From: Promethearchaeota archaeon
GTDB taxonomy: Archaea > Asgardarchaeota > Lokiarchaeia > Sigyniarchaeales > SOKP01
Assembly (NCBI GenBank): GCA_013375475.1
Contig: JABXKD010000007.1
Coordinates: forward strand, 1 to 64,000
Length of the DNA stretch: 64,000 nt
Direction of reading: 5' to 3'
The position numbers were made by a program, and so were the translations under genes. The notes under the pieces are model-generated. The model searched no databases. It was not told the origin of the DNA and was given only the letters and a program-made list of their open reading frames with translations. Numbering within the stretch: the first letter of the stretch is position 1; every line of letters starts with the position of its first letter. Of this stretch, positions 9,350 to 18,292 are shown piece after piece.

Positions 9350-11014
9350 TTGATCGATATGAGAAATAGAAAAAGCTGTCCCCATTCAATGAAAAAGCAA
9401 AAATCACATAGAAAAAGCTTGTGGGGGCTCGGTCTTCTAGCAGTAGTAAGTGCAATTTGGCTCATGATCAAAACAGGTAAAAAACCTACAAGAATTGTAT
9501 ATCCCTGTCAACAGGTTGCAGTTGAGAACATAAATATGTTCCACCTTGCTCTAGCAGCTTCACTTCCGCCGACCGTCCTCTCGCTGAGGAAATCGACGAG
9601 TTTCATAAAACCTATGCTTATCTTATCAATTCTATTCGTCAGCTCCGTCATTCTAGCGGATAATCCATTTAACTTTGGTTTAGATTTTTTTCCTGTAAAC
9701 AGCACACCTGTTCATCTCACTTTATCACCACAGAGGGCACTCGCATCCGATCCTTCAGACCTATTCTTTGTTCAGAATGCTTCAAGGGAGAAAGGAAACA
9801 TGGACCTTGCTGTCTCATCCCTTATAGAACTAATGGAAGCTCAAGAGCTATACTTCTACAAGAACGCAACTCAGAGTTCTGGATTGATAGGGAATAATGA
9901 TGTTGTGATTCTAAAAGTGAATGGCCAATGGCCCTATAATGGCGGGACAAATACTGATCTCGTAAAAAGCGTGATTAAGGCGATAGTAGGTCATCCTGAT
10001 GGTTTCACTGGAGAAGTAATAATCACTGATAACGGACAGGGACAAGGAAGTATGGACCATGCCCAAACTAACTCGTATTACCATGATCAGTCAAATTCAG
10101 AAGTGGGTGGGATGTTTGGTTCATACCATGTGTCAGCATTTCTGTGGGACACCATAAGGAGCAGAACTGTTGCTGATTTCAATGATGCTGACTTCAGAGA
10201 TGGTTATGTTCGAAACACAACTTGGAACTCAGATACAGAGATTTATGTTTCCTACCCCAAGTTCACGACTGAACATGGTACACATGTCAGTTTCAAAGAA
10301 GGTGTATGGGACAATACGACTGGTTTCGATTCGGATCGTCTCAAGGTTATCAATATGCCAGTCCTGAAGTCTCACTTCATTTACGGAGTAACTGGTTGTA
10401 TTAAACATTATATGGGCGTTCCACAGGGCTATATTGCCCCTTCAGTACACATCACTATTCCACATGAACACTTTTCAATCGCACAAGGCGGGTTGGCAAC
10501 TCTGATGGTAGAAACAAGAGCCCCAATCTTGAACATCCTCGACATGATCTGGATCAACGCCAATCCCTTGGAAAGTTCAAGCAAGCGTGGGCCTTATGGT
10601 AACTATGATTACACTACTTATACTGATATAATCGGCGCCAGCCAAGATCCGGTGGCTTTAGACTATTGGGCATCAAAGAATGTCCTTATACCTGTTGCTA
10701 TGCTTAGCTATGTCACCTATTCTTCTTTAGATCCCGATTATGAACCTCTGAGTCCTCAATATGTTGGTTATGGTCAAATGGAGGAATCGTTTCATAACTA
10801 TTTAAGGAGATCCAAGGATGTTTTGAACGATGCTGGTTTGCAAGCCACTATGAATCAAACCAAAATGAATGTGTTCGTAACAGAACTTGAAGCTCTAAAA
10901 GAATCAGATCCGAATGCACTAGATCCTTTGGCTCTTGTCTTGGTTGTAATCTTACCTATCTCAGCCGGTATAATTGTCACCGTAGTTGTAATCATGAAAC
11001 GTAGAAGGAAGTAG
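9350..11014 (+). CDS. DUF362-domain protein, membrane-anchored
   Basis: KTGKKPTRIVYPCQ leader, VVILKVN, INMPVLKSH...GVTGCIKHYMG and DPVALD motifs; C-terminal TM+KRRRK. Start is probably the ATG near 9359. Confidence 0.8.
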   Translation: MIDMRNRKSCPHSMKKQKSHRKSLWGLGLLAVVSAIWLMIKTGKKPTRIVYPCQQVAVENINMFHLALAASLPPTVLSLRKSTSFIKPMLILSILFVSSVILADNPFNFGLDFFPVNSTPVHLTLSPQRALASDPSDLFFVQNASREKGNMDLAVSSLIELMEAQELYFYKNATQSSGLIGNNDVVILKVNGQWPYNGGTNTDLVKSVIKAIVGHPDGFTGEVIITDNGQGQGSMDHAQTNSYYHDQSNSEVGGMFGSYHVSAFLWDTIRSRTVADFNDADFRDGYVRNTTWNSDTEIYVSYPKFTTEHGTHVSFKEGVWDNTTGFDSDRLKVINMPVLKSHFIYGVTGCIKHYMGVPQGYIAPSVHITIPHEHFSIAQGGLATLMVETRAPILNILDMIWINANPLESSSKRGPYGNYDYTTYTDIIGASQDPVALDYWASKNVLIPVAMLSYVTYSSLDPDYEPLSPQYVGYGQMEESFHNYLRRSKDVLNDAGLQATMNQTKMNVFVTELEALKESDPNALDPLALVLVVILPISAGIIVTVVVIMKRRRK

Positions 11015-11036
11015 TTTTCTTCAATTTGAATCAACA

Positions 11037-11258
11037 CTAACTAACATTTGCTCCTTCTTTCCTTAAGAGTTCAAGAAGTTCCTCTTTTACGTTCAGAAAT
11101 GATGGCATATCCCAAGATGCAATTTTAGGGTAAATCGAAGCTATAAAAAACTCGGGATCTAATTTGTAAGTCTCTCCAATAATACTAATACAATCGGAAT
11201 CGGAAAGATGCGTGAATTCTTCACCCTTAAAAAGAATTTCTAAACTACCTAAAATCAT
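11037..11258 (-). CDS. Small hypothetical protein or gene fragment
   Basis: 73-aa ORF with ggaga immediately before the ATG; no recognisable family. Confidence 0.35.
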   Translation of the reverse strand: MILGSLEILFKGEEFTHLSDSDCISIIGETYKLDPEFFIASIYPKIASWDMPSFLNVKEELLELLRKEGANVS

Positions 11259-11273
11259 TCTCCGCTTGATTTT

Positions 11274-11412
11274 CTTCGGTGAAATCTCTCTTTTTTAGGC
11301 TTCGCTTACGCTAAAGTGTCACAACCAGATATAAGAGTTGTACACTAGTAATATGTATCCTTCGGTGAAAGTGTACTACCGGCTACGCTTTGCTGAAGTG
11401 TCACAACCAGAT
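11274..11412. repeat. Tandem pair of ~55-bp imperfect hairpin-forming repeats
   Basis: cttcggtgaaa at 11274 and 11360; ggct(t/a)cgctt in both copies; aagtgtcacaaccagat at 11314 and 11396. Confidence 0.8.
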
Positions 11413-12704
11413 GTGGGAATTGTTATATTTTCTAATTGATTAAGATTAGAAATTAAAGTTAGTACTGTTTTTTCTCTATTATTTAATGCTTTAAGTGCAA
11501 TCTCTAATTCATCAGGATCTTTAATCCATCCTTTTGCATCATCTATGCATTTATGAAAGTGATCTGCAAGATTCCCCAAAACTTGATTATACCAAGGTAA
11601 TTTCTCTATTATGGTAAGGGAAATATCTTCTTTTTGATTAAGCATGTTGTTAGGTATTTTTTGAATCTCATTATCAAGTTCAGTTATAATCTCAACAAAT
11701 TTTTCTATTTTCATTCCACATCTTTTCGCAAAAGTGCGATTCATCCACTTTTTCGCTAACAAACCCAAATCATTTATCTCTTGGTTAAGTTTTTCTGTGA
11801 GTTTCTGGACATTTTGAGAATTTTCAATAGTCTCCGAAATAAAAACTTTCAAGTCAGTTTCATTTTGTATCTTTTTCTCTTTAACGGAGCTATGATTCTT
11901 TTTTGTGCTAATAAATCCCAATTTTAATAGAGGAGAGAATGGTTCGGCTATTTGACCGTGATATTCCTTTGCATAGACAATAGTGTATGCCCACCCTGCA
12001 GCACAATGATCTGCTGGCATTAATCCATCATATCCAGGGTTAACTCCTTGATTTTTAAATTCATCCTCAGTCATACCATATTTTGGTGCTAAAATTCGAC
12101 TGTACTCCTGTAATCCGGGGGTGTCAATCATTCCAGGTCCAAACACGAAGACTGAAATATTAGTATTATCCAATTCTGCTGCAAGTGAAATTCCTATTGA
12201 TGTCAAAGCCGTTTTAGTAGCAAAATAGGGTGCCATATATGGCCATCCTTCCGCAGAGGTTACAGTATTTATTACACCATCATTCTGTTTAATCATATAA
12301 GGTAAAAAAGTTTTAATGGTATGGATAGCCCCTCGAATATTAACATTATATATTCTATCCCAATCTTCTAGCGATATTTCATTTATAGTACCCGCTGAAG
12401 TTGCATACGCATTATTAATCAGGATATCTACTTTCCCAAATCTTTCAATAACTATGTTCTCTAATTTCTTAATATCTTCTTCTTTAGATACATCTGTTTT
12501 CATGAAAAGCGCAGTTCCACCTTCTGAATAAATTAACTCTTCTACCTGTTTTCCATAATCATTTATTTCTGCAATGACAACATTTGCTCCTAACCATGCT
12601 AAGGCTCTTGCTAGTTCTTTACCAATACCTCTCCCTGCACCAGTAATGATCGCAACTTTATTTATAAGCATATTTTTGGATAAACCCAATTTTTCAATAA
12701 ACAT
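11376..12704 (-). CDS. SDR-family oxidoreductase with long C-terminal helical extension
   Basis: TGAGRGIG, DILINNA, YFATK (YxxxK) and PGMIDT motifs; ~170 extra C-terminal residues. Confidence 0.88.
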   Translation of the reverse strand: MFIEKLGLSKNMLINKVAIITGAGRGIGKELARALAWLGANVVIAEINDYGKQVEELIYSEGGTALFMKTDVSKEEDIKKLENIVIERFGKVDILINNAYATSAGTINEISLEDWDRIYNVNIRGAIHTIKTFLPYMIKQNDGVINTVTSAEGWPYMAPYFATKTALTSIGISLAAELDNTNISVFVFGPGMIDTPGLQEYSRILAPKYGMTEDEFKNQGVNPGYDGLMPADHCAAGWAYTIVYAKEYHGQIAEPFSPLLKLGFISTKKNHSSVKEKKIQNETDLKVFISETIENSQNVQKLTEKLNQEINDLGLLAKKWMNRTFAKRCGMKIEKFVEIITELDNEIQKIPNNMLNQKEDISLTIIEKLPWYNQVLGNLADHFHKCIDDAKGWIKDPDELEIALKALNNREKTVLTLISNLNQLENITIPTSGCDTSAKRSR

Positions 12705-12748
12705 TTGACATAGACCAATTATTTATGTTTAAGATTTAATAATTTACA

Positions 12749-12795
12749 TGACTATATAAATATTTGGGTCACTAAGTCACTTGGTCATTTAGTCA
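12749..12795. promoter_or_regulatory. Putative TetR operator array in divergent promoter
   Basis: TGAC at 12749 and GTCA at 12768, 12776, 12784 and 12792 (8-bp period), between the divergent SDR and TetR genes. Confidence 0.55.
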
Positions 12796-12832
12796 TAAAT
12801 TTTTAAGTAAAAGTGTCCTTTATATTATTATA

Positions 12833-13459
12833 ATGCCTAAAGGGTTTACTATTGAAGAAAAAAAAATTATTAAAAATAACCTAATTGAAAAAGGTGCAGA
12901 ATTTTTTGGAATTTATGGATTAAAAAAGACAAATGTTGAAGATATAACTAATGCTGCAGGTATTGCGAAAGGTTCTTTTTATTCCTTCTATAATTCAAAA
13001 GAAGAATTATTTCTGGATGTTCTCACACAAGCAGAAGAAAAGATGATCAAAAAAATTAGGCAGATATTAAAAAGAATGAAGAAAGATCCTAAGGGAACCT
13101 TTAAAGATTTTTTATACTTTCATATTCAAGCCCCAAAAGAAAATCCAATTATACAACAAATCGCCGATAAAAATACAAGAGAATATCTTGTTAGGAAATT
13201 ACATAATAATCCTAAATTAAAGCAAAAACTCCAAACCTATGAATATATTCCACATTTTATTGAAATGTGGCAAAAACAAGGACTAATTATAAATAAAGAT
13301 CCCGAAATTTTAGGGGGTATTTTAAAATCTATATTTACAATCGGTTTAGATGATGAGATAACAGAATATATTGGTAGAGAAAAATTTCCTGAGATTATCG
13401 AAAATCTAATAAATATTATTGTTGAGTATATGGTTATTTCTGATTCTGATAAGAAATAA
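12833..13459 (+). CDS. TetR/AcrR-family transcriptional regulator
   Basis: GLKKTNVEDITNAAGIAKGSFYSFYNSKEELF HTH. Confidence 0.93.
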   Translation: MPKGFTIEEKKIIKNNLIEKGAEFFGIYGLKKTNVEDITNAAGIAKGSFYSFYNSKEELFLDVLTQAEEKMIKKIRQILKRMKKDPKGTFKDFLYFHIQAPKENPIIQQIADKNTREYLVRKLHNNPKLKQKLQTYEYIPHFIEMWQKQGLIINKDPEILGGILKSIFTIGLDDEITEYIGREKFPEIIENLINIIVEYMVISDSDKK

Positions 13460-13655
13460 AATCTTTTTAATTTTTGGAGTTAGAGAGAATTTCTATATCT
13501 ATAAAAAAATTCTAAATTCCGAAAGATCTCATCGAAAAATTATTTCTGTCTTATCCTCATATTAAGTGATATTAGCTTTTTTGCTAGTTTATTCGTAAGA
13601 TTAAGGGCACACCTTCCATTTTAGATTAAAAATCTAAAGAAAAATTGAAATTTGA

Positions 13656-15185
13656 TTATTTAATCACCAATTTTTTTGCTGATTCTGTGTTCGCGATTCC
13701 TCCTAATGAAGTACAACGCAATTGAGGGGCTAACATCTTACCGCTCTCAAATGATGCTTGGATTGAATCATCAAGATTAATTGGATTAATGTAACCACCT
13801 ATAATAAGATCAGCACAGATAAATGCATTTGACGCTGCCACTGCATTCCTAGTATGACAAGGGATTTCACAGAATCCCGCAACAAGATCGCATACAGATC
13901 CCATTGTGTTTTGTAATGCAATTGCTGCCGCTTCTGTGGCTGCAACAGGACCACCACTAGCAGCTTCGATCACAGCTGCCGCTGCCATTGCTCCCGCCAT
14001 TCCTATCTCAACTTGACATCCCGCTATTTCAGCAGCAAAAGTTGAATTCATTCCGTTTATTAAACCAATCACTCCTGCTGCAAGTGCACATTTAATAATC
14101 TTGTCCATTTTTATATTAAAATCGTAATGGAGTGTATAAAGAACCGAAGCAATAACACCGCAAGAAGCGCCTGTAGGGGCCGCGCAAATAAGACCTCCCG
14201 AAGAAGCTGTATCCATAGCTGCCATAGCCCTATAAGCACTTCTTAAATTAATTCCAGAACTGAAAAGCTGATTCTCTTTTTTTTGGATATCACTAGCAGA
14301 ATGCTTTAATAATTTCATATGCGAATTTTTCTTTTCCAAACCCTTTTCAATTGAAGAAAACATTACTGAAATCCTTTTTCCCATTTCTTCTAAAATGGAT
14401 TTTTCATCTAAGTTCAATAAATCTGCTTCATACATAAGCCCAACCTTTCCGAGAGAATACTTTTCTTCATTTGCAAGCTTTAACATCTCAAAACTATTTT
14501 TAAACAAAGGAGTCCCATGAATCGGAAAAAAGATAGGGTATATAGTCCAGATATTATTAATAAAATCAAGAGATTTTAATTTATTAACGAAATCATCTTT
14601 ATACTTGTTTGGGTTCGTTAGTTGAATAAAAAAATACCTCCCATCATCCTGTATATGTACTTTTTCTGGAGAATAAGAAAATTCTTGAATTAAATTCAGT
14701 AATTTTTCCTTGGAATTCCTTAGAAATTCGATTAATATAGTATAATTATTTCCTTTAAGATTTACCATCCAGTTATTAACTTTTTCTATTAAAATCATAC
14801 CTCCTCCTATGGATTTCGCGACTATTGTTAATTTTTTAGCAGGGATATTAATTAGCATATAGTTTGGATGATCTGCTTCAGGAATATCATCAGAATCGAA
14901 GGAAAATCTAATTCCTTCTTCACGGGCTACATTATCGGAATTAAGAAAGTCCGGATCTTCAATAGCTAAATTAATGATCCCCGATAAGAACGCAACATCT
15001 CCATTTTGAGATTTATACGTCTTATCAAAAGAACCCTTTGAATCAAATGTAATATTAATTTCCTCTATTTCGTTCTCACATAACATATTGGTCAACCGTC
15101 CAATACTATAAGAAGCAGCGGTATGAGAACTGCTAGGTCCATGCAGAATTGGCCCTATAACATCGTTTAATATACTTATTTTCAT
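13656..15185 (-). CDS. Fe-S L-serine dehydratase, fused beta + ACT-like + alpha domains
   Basis: GPILHGPSSSHTA, HPN and SIGGG (beta); AAPTGASCG, GCQ.EIG, CDLVAGFCEIPC (alpha). Start refined to MKISIL. Confidence 0.88.
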   Translation of the reverse strand: MKISILNDVIGPILHGPSSSHTAASYSIGRLTNMLCENEIEEINITFDSKGSFDKTYKSQNGDVAFLSGIINLAIEDPDFLNSDNVAREEGIRFSFDSDDIPEADHPNYMLINIPAKKLTIVAKSIGGGMILIEKVNNWMVNLKGNNYTILIEFLRNSKEKLLNLIQEFSYSPEKVHIQDDGRYFFIQLTNPNKYKDDFVNKLKSLDFINNIWTIYPIFFPIHGTPLFKNSFEMLKLANEEKYSLGKVGLMYEADLLNLDEKSILEEMGKRISVMFSSIEKGLEKKNSHMKLLKHSASDIQKKENQLFSSGINLRSAYRAMAAMDTASSGGLICAAPTGASCGVIASVLYTLHYDFNIKMDKIIKCALAAGVIGLINGMNSTFAAEIAGCQVEIGMAGAMAAAAVIEAASGGPVAATEAAAIALQNTMGSVCDLVAGFCEIPCHTRNAVAASNAFICADLIIGGYINPINLDDSIQASFESGKMLAPQLRCTSLGGIANTESAKKLVIK

Positions 15186-15349
15186 AAATCTTGCTCCCTC
15201 TGTGTTCTGTAAATAAGCTGTGATCATTTGAACATCACAGATTAAAGAAGAAAAATGGAACAACTAAAAAAAAGAGCTAGAACTTAAAAACAAATAGATT
15301 ATAAAAATTTCTCTAAAATTAATATATGGATTTCTAATATCATATTTAT

Positions 15350-15517
15350 AAATCCTTGAAATTACTGGCAGAAAACATTCTAGTGGATTTATCCAGGTCA
15401 TGCTAATCCGATGATACAGAAAACATTAAAGAAGAACCTAAATAGAAGATCAGCGGAATTGATAGAATCAGCTGTGAACTCTCTCAAAACATCAGTAAAA
15501 AATTAAAAGAAAAATAG
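15350..15517 (+). pseudogene. Decayed paralog of the small ORF at 18041-18265
   Basis: Colinear translation ...VDLSRSC*SDDTENIKEEPK*KISGIDRISCELSQNISKKLKEK*, with premature TAA (15404) and TAG (15443) where the intact copy has K and W. Confidence 0.8.
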
Positions 15518-15595
15518 AAAGAGAAAAAAAACCAGAAGAAAAAATGCAGAATACTTATTATAAAAATAGGATAAATATCTACATTAAAGAAATTT

Positions 15596-17869
15596 GTGAA
15601 TAATCCAATGCTGAAAATTTTTTTGAGCTCTACATTTAGAGATTTAGCCGAACCTCGAGCGAATATCCTGGATAAATTGGATACGGTGTTTGAAGGCGTC
15701 GGTATGGAAGAGTTTATTCCTGACGGCTCTAATTCACAAGAAGTGTGTATACGCGATCTGAAAAAAAGCGATATTGTGATATTTCTTATTTCCCCTTATT
15801 ACGGTACTTTGATGGATACATGTTCGCTAATAAGTGAGTGTAAAGCGGATTGTCCTATGAAAACGGGGAAAGGGTGTATATCTTATACCCATTGTGAATA
15901 TAAGAACACGATTAGCGAAGGGATTTTACATCAAACTTACTTAGTTGAGAAGGGTTGGGACGCTAAGGACTTAAAGAAGGAAGCTCTTGAGTTTAGAGAC
16001 GAAATCGGGAAAGAAATGTGGAAAGGAATCCAAGATGTTAACGATACATCTCTAGTAAAACTAATCTGCAATAATCTAGCAAAAAGGATTATTGAGTGGC
16101 ACACTCTGGACATATTGAACTTCCAGCAGTTTTGCGATAGAGAGGAAATATTTAACGAGTTAATAAATAATATTGATGGAAAGGTTGAGGTTTACGGTGT
16201 GGGCGGAATAGGGAAGACGGCATTAATTCAGGTTGCTCTGCTTATCCAAAAACTAAAAGGAAAGAAAATCATTAGTATCGGAATACCGAAATCTTACGCA
16301 AGCGGCTCCGGATTTGAATCTTTTAGGTTAAAATGTAAAAACGACCAGTATATAGCAGTTTCCCAGAAAGAAATTACAATAAATGATGTAATCAATGCCT
16401 TAGCCGGAGCGAGGATTTTATTTGATCCTGAAGAATTCATAAAAAAACCGAAAAATGAGCTTGTAGAATTATTAGCAAAAAAATTAAGAAACGAAGAAAA
16501 TCTTACTGTTTTCATAGATGACTTTCACTTAGCCACTAAGGATGTGGTAAACCTCGTTAAATCGTTAGATAATATTATACTATCTTCTCGCAAAAATACA
16601 TATATTGCTAAAACAGAAATATGCGTAATCGGTGTTGACGAAGAAGATAGGGAAGATCTTATAAAAATATATTCGCGAGAAGAACTTCCTAAAAAAGTGA
16701 AAGATATAATCAAAAAAATATCTGAAGGTCATCCCTTATCAACAGAACTTTTAGTAAAGAATTATCAAAACATCAACTTTGAAAAACTAAAGGATTTTAA
16801 TCTCGAATATGCTGATGATAAACAAGTAAAAGATTTCTATAAGAGGGTTATTGAAGAGATCTACTCTTCTAATAAGAAGGCTTTAGTCTTACTAAAAAAT
16901 CTAGCTGTAATAAATACAGATTTAAAAAACAACATCAATAGAGAAGTTGTGTATCAATCATACGAAATAGATGATGTTAAAAAATATTTTAAAGAATTAG
17001 TAGATACAGGAATGCTAAAAAAAAGAGAAGGTAAAGAAGAGACATATGAATTTCAATTCGTACACATCCAAGACGCACTAGAAGATATTGCAAGCCATGA
17101 ATATCATCTTAATGCAGTTAAGTATTATAATATTAAAAATGAAATTGTAAGCAAAGATATCAATAATAGAATAGAATCACTATACCATAAAATAATCTCA
17201 AATCCTTCGGAGAATCTAATCGATGAATTTCTTATTATTGTGGACAACCAAATAATTAATAATTATGGCCTAAAACGGTTAATTGATTGTGGAAAGAATT
17301 TAAAACGACTTATCAATGAGAACTATAAAAGAGATATGGAAACCGCATTGAAGAATTTATATTCCCGATTGGAAGCCGCTTATATGGAAGAGTTGATGGA
17401 GCATTTTGAGAGAATTAGAAGAGATCCCATTGAGTTCATCTCAACAACCGCTGTTTTACTCACGGCCATTGGAGAAAATTATGCTAAGATAGGATCTTTT
17501 GAGAAAGCGGAAAAAGAGTATCAAAGAGCATTAAAGATATATAAAAAAATATCCCGGAAAAAACCTGCTTTATATAAACCAAAAATTGCTATGCTACAAA
17601 AATACCTTGGAAATCTCTATTTTAAATTTAAAAGATTTAAGAAGGCTGAAAAAACTTTCCATAAAGCTCTAGAAATCGACTCTAACGATAGTGAAATATG
17701 GTACTCAAAATCATGTGTTGAATCTTTAATGAAATCTAAAGAAAAAGCCCTAGCTTCATTGTTAAGTGCGATTAAACTCGATAAAAAATACATTGAAATG
17801 GCGAAATCCAATAGCGACTTTGAATATATAAAAACATCAAAAGAATTTAAAAAATTAATTGAAGACTAA
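15596..17869 (+). CDS. DUF4062-STAND NTPase-TPR protein (NLR-like architecture)
   Basis: KIFLSSTFRDL...GMEEF...SDIVIFLISPYYG (DUF4062); Walker A GVGGIGKT; Walker B VFIDD; GHPL (GxP); C-terminal TPRs. Confidence 0.85.
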   Translation: MNNPMLKIFLSSTFRDLAEPRANILDKLDTVFEGVGMEEFIPDGSNSQEVCIRDLKKSDIVIFLISPYYGTLMDTCSLISECKADCPMKTGKGCISYTHCEYKNTISEGILHQTYLVEKGWDAKDLKKEALEFRDEIGKEMWKGIQDVNDTSLVKLICNNLAKRIIEWHTLDILNFQQFCDREEIFNELINNIDGKVEVYGVGGIGKTALIQVALLIQKLKGKKIISIGIPKSYASGSGFESFRLKCKNDQYIAVSQKEITINDVINALAGARILFDPEEFIKKPKNELVELLAKKLRNEENLTVFIDDFHLATKDVVNLVKSLDNIILSSRKNTYIAKTEICVIGVDEEDREDLIKIYSREELPKKVKDIIKKISEGHPLSTELLVKNYQNINFEKLKDFNLEYADDKQVKDFYKRVIEEIYSSNKKALVLLKNLAVINTDLKNNINREVVYQSYEIDDVKKYFKELVDTGMLKKREGKEETYEFQFVHIQDALEDIASHEYHLNAVKYYNIKNEIVSKDINNRIESLYHKIISNPSENLIDEFLIIVDNQIINNYGLKRLIDCGKNLKRLINENYKRDMETALKNLYSRLEAAYMEELMEHFERIRRDPIEFISTTAVLLTAIGENYAKIGSFEKAEKEYQRALKIYKKISRKKPALYKPKIAMLQKYLGNLYFKFKRFKKAEKTFHKALEIDSNDSEIWYSKSCVESLMKSKEKALASLLSAIKLDKKYIEMAKSNSDFEYIKTSKEFKKLIED

Positions 17870-18040
17870 AAAATATCTTAAGCTTTAGTAATTCTTTTTT
17901 CATTAACTATAGTTAAGTTGAAACTTAATTAGAGTAAAAGAGGAAGAAAAGTCTTAAAAAACATGAATTGCAATAATTTTTGTTTAAATAGATAAAATCA
18001 TAACAATTGTAAGAACACAAATAATCGGAGTTGAAGCAAG

Positions 18041-18265
18041 ATAGCAGAAAATCAATTAAATAATGATAAAGATAAAGTTCCAAAATGGGAGACACTTGAG
18101 GAACTTATCGCACTTTTAATAGAAGTAAGAGTTGATTTAACGATGTTTTGCAAATCTGTTAATGATGAGCGGATAAAAGAAGAACTTAAATGGGCAGTTA
18201 ACGGAATTGATATCGTTGGATGTGGACTCTCTCAAAATATAAGTAAAAAGTTAAAAGAAAAATAG
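18041..18265 (+). CDS. Small helical hypothetical protein (74 aa; apparent ATA start)
   Basis: Open frame from ATA 18041 (ggagttga upstream; in-frame TGA at 18032) to TAG 18265: IAENQLNNDKDKVPKWETLEELIALLIEVRVDLTMFCKSVNDERIKEELKWAVNGIDIVGCGLSQNISKKLKEK. Homologous decayed copy at ~15350-15517. Confidence 0.6.
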   Translation: MAENQLNNDKDKVPKWETLEELIALLIEVRVDLTMFCKSVNDERIKEELKWAVNGIDIVGCGLSQNISKKLKEK

Positions 18266-18292
18266 AAAGAAAAAATTAATTTAATAATTTAA

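Noticed and set aside
11274-11412. CRISPR array
   Set aside because: Only two degenerate units, with internal variable segments and no cas genes.
15404-15445. In-frame TAA/TAG as recoding (pyrrolysine or read-through)
   Set aside because: Two different stop types, each one substitution away from the intact paralog's codons; simple pseudogenisation explains them.
17903-17916. Perfect 14-bp palindrome ttaactatagttaa after the STAND gene
   Set aside because: AT-rich, single occurrence, no second site or adjacent regulator; chance cannot be excluded.
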